Position numbers and translations under genes: made by a program
Part shown: positions 56,200-64,000 of the stretch, piece by piece
How the letters are laid out: every line of letters begins with the position of its first letter
How positions within the stretch are numbered: position 1 is the first letter of the stretch
The notes under the pieces: model-generated
What the model saw: only the letters and a program-made list of their open reading frames with translations
Told to the model about the DNA's origin: nothing
Database searches by the model: none
Assembly (NCBI RefSeq): GCF_009914755.1
Contig: NC_060943.1
Origin: the human T2T-CHM13v2.0 reference genome, Homo sapiens
DNA length: 64,000 nt
Direction: 5' to 3' (one strand)

Positions 56200-56499
56200 T
56201 TAAAAATGTCCTTAATGGAGCATTAAAAATAATAATTTTATTACTTGAAAGACCAACTGACAAACTATGGTTATTCATACTTGGGTATATGTCATAGGTT
56301 TTTTAAAAAAATCAATGAAAAGAGCCTGTCCCTCCAAGTAAAACAACTCACGGCATTCTCTTCCGATGATTAAACTCACGCTTTCGAGCAAAAAATAAAA
56401 TCTTGGAAAATTTGTATCTGCCTTCACGAGCTTAATATCATACTAATACTTACAGATTTTTCTGATGAGACTGATTACTCGTGATACTAAGTAATGTGA

Positions 56500-56505
<6 letters not shown>
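56200..56505 (+). mobile_element. Charlie1-like hAT transposon fragment
   Basis: ttacttgaaagaccaactgacaaactatggttattcatacttgggtat...aaaacaact...cttggaaaatttgtatctgcc...ttttctgatgaga. Confidence 0.8.
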
Positions 56506-57929
<1,424 letters not shown>

Positions 57930-58071
57930 CAACAGAAAATGATTTTCACATTCTGCAGGCAAGAAGGTGGATCTACGTCTTGGCTGGGCTGCTACTTGTA
58001 ATTGTGAAGTGCCAGAAAGCAATTACCAGCTTGAGTAATGACCAGAAATCCAAAGCATGGAGACTAACAAC

Positions 58072-59240
58072 AAATGTGTCCATTTTCGCTTTTGTTGACT
58101 ATGCTATCAAGGTCATATCAAAAACAGTATTGCTCAGAGCAATGTCATGGAGCTTTAGCCCTATGCTATGCTTTCTTCTATCAGTTTTACAGTTCGACTA
58201 TTATATTCATCTTTATTTGGAGTTGGTATTTTTATGTGGTGTAAGGGTCAAATTTTACTTTTCATATGGATATCCAGTTATCCCAACAACACTTATTTAA
58301 GAGACTGTCTTTTTTCCATACTGTGTAGCTTTGCAAAAAATAAGTTGGCTGTAAATGTGGAGATTTATGTCCCGGTTTTCCGTCCAGTGCAATTGACCAA
58401 TGTGTCTTTTTATATGCTGTACTACGCTGTTTTGATTACAATTCTTTTAAAATTTGTATTGAAATCAATATTTCCAGCTTTGCTACTTTTGCTGAAGATT
58501 CATTTGGTTATTTGGGGTCTTTTGTGGTTCCATACAAATTTAAGCATTATTTTTTCAGTTCTGTAAAAAAAAATGGCATTGGACTTTTGATAGTGATTGC
58601 ATTAAATCTCTTAATGGTATTATGTACATTTTCACAATATTAATTCTTCCAATTCACAAACATGCAATGCCTTTTTATTTACTTCTGTTTTTGAAATTCC
58701 TTTCGTTGGTGTTTTATAGTTTTTAGTATAAAGGCCTTTTACCATTTAGATTACATTTACACCTAAATATTTAAATTTTTATAATATTCTACATTAGATT
58801 TTTAAATATTTCTTCAGATTACTTTATTGGTATATAGAAACATTACCAACATAGAAACACTACTGATTTTTGTAAGTTGATTTTGTACCCTGCAACTTCA
58901 CTGAATGTGTGCATCTGTTCCCACGGTTTTTTGTGAAGAAGCATTTAGGTTTTTTTCATATGTAAGAGCATGTCATCAGCAATTAGAGATAAATTCACTT
59001 ATATATTTTCATAAGTTTCAGATGTTTTTTATTTCTTGTTTTGCCCGATTATTCTGGCTAGGAATTCCACTACCATGTTTAAAATAAGTGATGAGAGTGA
59101 GTATCGTTGTTTTGATCTTGATTTTAGGCAAAAAGCTTTCAACTTTTCAGTGTACATAATACTGTTTACTGAGGGCTTGTCATATACGGCCTTTCTGTGG
59201 TGAGACACATTTCCACTATACTTGATTTGTTGAGCATTTT
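58072..59240 (-). mobile_element. Old L1M ORF2 fragment
   Basis: tggatatccagttatcccaacaacactt...tttgtggttccatacaaatt...ttgattttgtaccctgcaactt...aaagctttcaacttttc. Confidence 0.85.
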
Positions 59241-61823
59241 CTCCCCATCATCTTGTTCTCTAGTCCCCACTCTTATTCTCCACTGTCTTCTTCCCACTGT
59301 TCTTCCCTAACTCCCCCTCTACTCCTACTCTCTCTCCCCAAAGCCTTCTTCCCACTGTGTTCTGCTTAACAACTTCTTCCCTACCGCCTTCCTTCCCCAC
59401 ACCCTCCTTCACCTTCCATCTCCCTTAGCCCCCACCCTCTTCTTTTTTATTCCCCCACCCTCTTCTCCCTCTTCATTCCTGATGCTCTTCTTCCCCTTCC
59501 CTGACCCTCTTCTTTCACTTTTTTCTTCCCTGACCCTCTTCTCTTCTTCTCCAACCCTCTTTCCCTTCTTCCTTGACCGCTTTCTTCTTCTACCCTTTTC
59601 TTCCCCTTCTTCCCTGACACTCTTCTCCTCTCCCTTCTACTCCCACCTTCTTTTTCTTTTTTCTTTACCCTCTTCTTCCCCTTCTCTCCCTTCTTCCTTG
59701 ACCTTCTTCCCCTTTCTCCCTAACTCCCTTTTTTACCTTCTTCCCTTACCCTCTTTTTCCCTCTCTTTCCTTTTTTTCCCTTTTCTTCCCCCTCTTGTTC
59801 CATCTTCTTCCCAGACCCCCTTCTCCCCTCTCCTCTTCCCCTTCTTTCTTCTTCTTCCCCGACCCTCTTCCCGGCTGTCTTCTCCCCCACCCCACCGTCT
59901 TCTCCCACACTCCCTCTCGTGTCTCCTCCCCTCACTCCCTCTCCCCACAGTCCCTCTGCCCAAAGTCTTCTTATAACTGTGTTCTACCCAACAACTTCTC
60001 CCCAAGGTCTTCCTCCTGACCCTCTTTTTCCCACCCCCTCTTTTTCAGACCATCTTCTTTCTGACTCCCCTGCCCCTCTTCACCATTTTCTGTCTAACTG
60101 CCTTCTTCCCTGCCATTTTCTCCCCATTCTCTCTTCCCACCATCATCCTCACCCCCTTCTCTGTGACCACCTTCTCCCCAGAATTTTTCCCCCAGTGTTT
60201 TCTCCCCCACGATGTCTTCTTCTCCACGGTCTTTCTCCTGACCCTCTTCTTCCCAATCATCTCCCTTGTTGACTCCTTCCCAACCCCTCATCACAGTCTT
60301 CCCCCCACTGTCTTCTTCATTTTCTCCCCAGAATTTTATCTCCAGCTCCCCCTCCACCATCTTCCCTGTACAGTGTTTTATCCCCACCCTCTCTTCCCGA
60401 CCCACCCCCTTCTCCCCAGCCATCTTCTCCTGAACCACTTTCTCCTCACCCCCTCACGCCACTGTCTACCCCAACACTCCCTCTCCACTTTCTCTCCATC
60501 CCTCTCCCCAAAGTCTTCTCTCCAATAAGTTCTGCTCAACATCTTTCAAAATTTTCTCCCATACTATCTTCTCCAACCCCACCATCTTCTTCCCATCCCA
60601 CCGCCACCATCTTCTCCCCACCTCCCCTTCCACCATCCTCTTCTTCCCACTGTCCCCTTTTGCACCATCTTCCCCACTCATTCCACCCAGATTTTTATCC
60701 CCACTCCCTCACCCCACCATTATTTTCCTTCTGGGCTACCTTTTCCCAGACCACCTTTTTCCCAACTGTTTGTCCTTAACCCCTCACCCCACTGTCTTCC
60801 TCCCCACAAGCCCTCTCCCTAAACTCTTCTCCCCACTGAGTGCTGCCCAACATCTTCTCCCCATTGTCTTCTCCCCACCTTCATCTTCCCCATTTCCATT
60901 TCCCACCCTACTCTCTTCTTCTTCTTCACCATTTTTTCTTCATCTTCTTCTTTGCCATTTCCTTTTCCCACCCCACCCTCTTCTTCCAGACTGCCCCCTC
61001 TCCACCTCCACTGTATTTTTCCCACTGTGTTCCACCCAATATCTTTCTCTCCCCAGAATCTTTTCTCCAGAAGCTTCTCTTCAGTGTCTTCTCCCCACTC
61101 CCCCCACCATCATCTTTCCCACTCCCTCTCCCCACACAACCCTCTTTCTGACCCTTTTCTCCCTGACCACATTCTCCCAACCTCCTTCTCCCCACTCCTT
61201 CACCCTACAATCTTCTTCCCACACTCCCTCTCCCCAGAGTCTTCTCCCCACTGTGTTGTGTCCAACATCGTCTTTCCAGAGTTTCCTCTCTAGCATGTTC
61301 TCTTTACATCTCCACCCCACCATCTTCTTCCAGATCCTCTTTCTCCCTGAACCTCTTCTCCCTGATCACCCTCTCCGCACCACCTTTTTCCACCTGCTCA
61401 CCCCACCATCTCTTCCCTAACTCCTCCTCACTCTTTCTCCCCAATGTTTTATCCCCACTTTCACTCCTCACCTTACTTCTCCAACTCCCTCTTCTCCCTA
61501 TTTTCTTCCCCCACCGTCTTGTCTTCTTCTCCCACTGTCTTCTTCCCCAACCATCTTCTTCCCCATTCCCTTTCTCCACCTTCTTCTCCACCCCATCCCC
61601 AACCTTCTTCCTATCCCACCCTCTTTTTCTGATCGTCCTCTTCCCCACCGCCTTCTTCGCAACTGCCTTCTCCCCAACTTCTCACCCCACCATCTTCTCC
61701 CCCCTCATACCCACAGTTCCACTCCCAAAAGTCTTCTCTCCACTGTGTTTTGCACATCTTCTCCCCAGAATCGTCTCCCCATTTCCTCTCCCCAAAATCT
61801 TCCTTCAACCCTCTCTCACCACC
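59241..61823 (+). repeat. ~2.6-kb C/T-rich degenerate satellite-like tract
   Basis: Overwhelmingly pyrimidine on +. Recurring (c)accatcttctcccc and accctcttc motifs plus a longer core around ctgtgttctgcccaac. Confidence 0.93.
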
Positions 61824-61995
61824 ATTCCATATTTTTGAAATTGTTAATTGTGCTGCTATAAACATGTGTATGCATCTGTCTTTTTAATGCTTCTTTTTAA
61901 TAACTTCTTTTACTCACAGTGGTGAGATCACTGGATAAGAAGGAAGTTCTACTTTTAGTTTCTTTTTTTTTTTAAAAAAAAAAAAAACCTCCATC
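61824..61995 (-). mobile_element. L1PB-like segment (left part of a split element)
   Basis: ttccatatttttgaaattgttaattgtgctgctataaacatg...agttctacttttagttt...cctccat. Confidence 0.85.
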
Positions 61996-62103
61996 ATTCT
62001 TCCCACCATCTTCTGCCCAAACTCCTTCTTCCCAAAGTCTTCTCCCGATCTGCCCAAAATCATTTCCCCACCATCTTCTCCCCACACTTCTTCTTCCCAT
62101 CTT

Positions 62104-63200
62104 GGAAGAGAAGAAGAAGGAGGAGGAAAAGGAGTGGGGAAAGGTGAAGGAGAAGAAGGAAAAGAGGAGAAAGAGAAAAGAAGGGAAGGAGGGTGGAAGG
62201 GAAGGAGAGGGGGAGGAAAAGGAGGGTGGAGGGGAAGGAGGAAAAGGAGCATAAAGGGGAAAGAGGAGGTGGAGGGGGTGAAGAAGAAAGAGGAGAAGAA
62301 GGGTGAAGGGAGAAGGAAGGTATAGGAGAAGGAGGGTATAGGGGAAGGAGAGTAGAGGGAAATGTGGATGAAGGAAAAAAGGGTGAGGGGGAAGGAAGGT
62401 AGAGGGAAAAGAGGGTGGAGGGGAAAAAGAGTGGAAAGGGAAGAGGCTAGAGGAAAAAGGGGGGAGGAGTGTGGAGAGGAAGGAGGGTGAAGGGGAAGGA
62501 GGGTGTAGAAGAAGGAAGGTAGAGGGGAAGGAGGGTGGGAGGAAAGGAGGGTGGAAGGGAAGGAGTGTGGAGGGGAAGGAGGGTGGAGGGGAAGGAGGGT
62601 GGAGGGAAGGAGGGTGGAGGGAAGGAGGGTGGAGGGGAAGGAGGGTGGAAGGGAAGGGTAGTGGATGGGAAGGAGGGTGGATAGGAAGGAGGGTAGATAG
62701 GAAGGAGGGTGGAGATGAAGGAGAAGAAGGAGGATGGAGAGAAAGGTGGGTGGAGGGGAAGGAGGGTGGAGGGGAAGGAGGGCAGAGAGGAAGGAGGGTG
62801 GAGGGGAAGGAGGGTGAAGGAGAAGGAGTGTGGAAGGGAAGGAGTGGAAGATGGGTAGAGGGGAAGAAGGAGAAGGAGGGTGGAGGGGAAGAAGGATGGA
62901 GGGGAAAGAGGATGGAAGGGAAGGGAGAAAGAAAGGTAGAGGGGAAGAAGGGTGCAGGGGAAGGAGCTGGAGGGGAAGGAGGGTGGAAGGGAAGGATGGT
63001 GGAGAGAAAGGAGGGGAAGGATAGTGGAGGGGAAGAAGGGTGGAGGGGAAAGAGGTGGAGGGGAAGGAGGGTGGAAGGGAAGGATGGTGGAGGGGAAGCA
63101 GGTTGGAGGGGAAGAAGAGGCTAGAAAAATGGAGGAGGTGAGGGGTGAATGGGGAAGAAAAGGTTGGAGGGTGGAAGGGAAGAAGAGGGTGGAGGATGAC
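62104..63200 (+). repeat. ~1.1-kb G/A-rich minisatellite-like tract (GGAGGGTGGAGGGGAA unit)
   Basis: Nearly pure purine on +, with many exact and degenerate copies of the 16-mer. Confidence 0.95.
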
Positions 63201-63217
63201 AGGTAATGGGCTAGAAC

Positions 63218-64000
63218 AAGTGGTTGTATTAGTATAAATTCCCACCAGCAGTGTAAAAGCCTTCTCTATTCACCACATCTTTGACACTATTTATTGTTTT
63301 TGATTTTTTAATTATGGCCATTGTAGCTGGAGTAAAGGGTATCTCATTGTGATGTTAATTTGCATTTCCCTGATAATTAGTGATGTTGAGCATTTTCTAT
63401 ATGTTTGTTGGCTGTTTTCATGTATTCTTTTGAGAATGGTTTATTTATTTCCTTTGTTCACTTTTTGATGGGATTATTTGTCTTTTTCTCGCTGATCTGT
63501 TTGAGTACCTTGTAGATTCTGGATATTAGTCCTTTGTCAAAAGCATAGTTTGCAAATATTTTCTCCCCCTCTGTGGGTTGTCCATTTACTCTGCTGATTA
63601 TTTGTTTTGCTGTGCAGAAGCTTTTTGGTTTGATTAGGTCCCATTTATCTATTTTTGTTTATGTTGCCTTTGCTTTTCGGTTCTTGGTTATAAGCCAATG
63701 TTTAGGAGAGATTATCTGATGTTATCTTCTAGAATTTTTATGGTTCCACACCTTAGGTTTAAGTCTTTGATCCATCTTGAGTTGATTTTTGTATAAGGTG
63801 AGAGATGAGGATCCAGTTTTATTCTTCTACATGTGGCTTACCTATTATCGCAGCTCCACTTGTTGAATAGGGCATCTTTTCCCCACTTTGTTTTTGTTTG
63901 CTTTATGGAAGATCAGTTGTCTGTAAGTATTTGACTTTATTTCTGGGTTCTCTATTCTGTTCCATTGGTCTGTGTGGCTGTTTTTATACCAATGCCATGC
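63218..64000 (-). mobile_element. L1PB-like segment (continuation, runs off the window)
   Basis: tggttgtattagtataaattcccaccagcagtgtaaaag...tgtgcagaagctttt...ggtgagagatgaggatccagttt. Confidence 0.92.

Noticed and set aside
59482-61865. Many overlapping 60-216 aa ORFs in the pyrimidine tract
   Set aside because: Low-complexity artefacts with no domain signal.
59241-63200. Immunoglobulin switch region or telomere-like array
   Set aside because: Lacks repeated GAGCT/AGCT switch motifs and TTAGGG repeats, and no Ig exons are nearby.
61914-63245. 443-aa Pro/Ser/Leu-rich ORF (-) and overlapping Gly/Glu/Arg-rich ORFs (+)
   Set aside because: Stop codons are compositionally rare in pure C/T or G/A sequence, all frames are open, and the ORF ends lie in L1 sequence.

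Overview
This is primate (human or great-ape type) non-coding DNA, dense in interspersed repeats: Alu J/S/Y, L1PA/PB/M, L2, MIR, MaLR/ERV LTRs, and hAT and mariner MITEs. I find no intact protein-coding gene, RNA gene or CRISPR array. Nearly all ORFs in the supplied track come from repeats or low-complexity sequence. Main contents: (1) a full-length but dead L1PA3/L1PA2-type LINE-1 (47456-53484) with a 16-bp target-site duplication (TSD), broken ORF1/ORF2 and an open antisense ORF0; (2) an orphan, stop-free 168-nt exon homologous to ANKRD26 (43894-44061), missed by the ORF track, with a GT donor and an apparently mutated acceptor; (3) a ~4-kb polypyrimidine/polypurine structure (59241-63200) with a recurring ~50-bp core, which flips strand at a fold-back hinge and interrupts an L1PB; (4) a series of locally templated insertions, fold-back scars and inversions (~6600, 7800, 11030, 17700, 23700, 25690, 32200, 38000); (5) several repeat-free, homeodomain/TCF/FOX-motif-rich blocks that look like enhancers. 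Repeat subfamily names and the ANKRD26 match rest on remembered consensus sequences, not database searches. Boundaries of old repeats are approximate. I cannot support a claim of a wholly new biological system.
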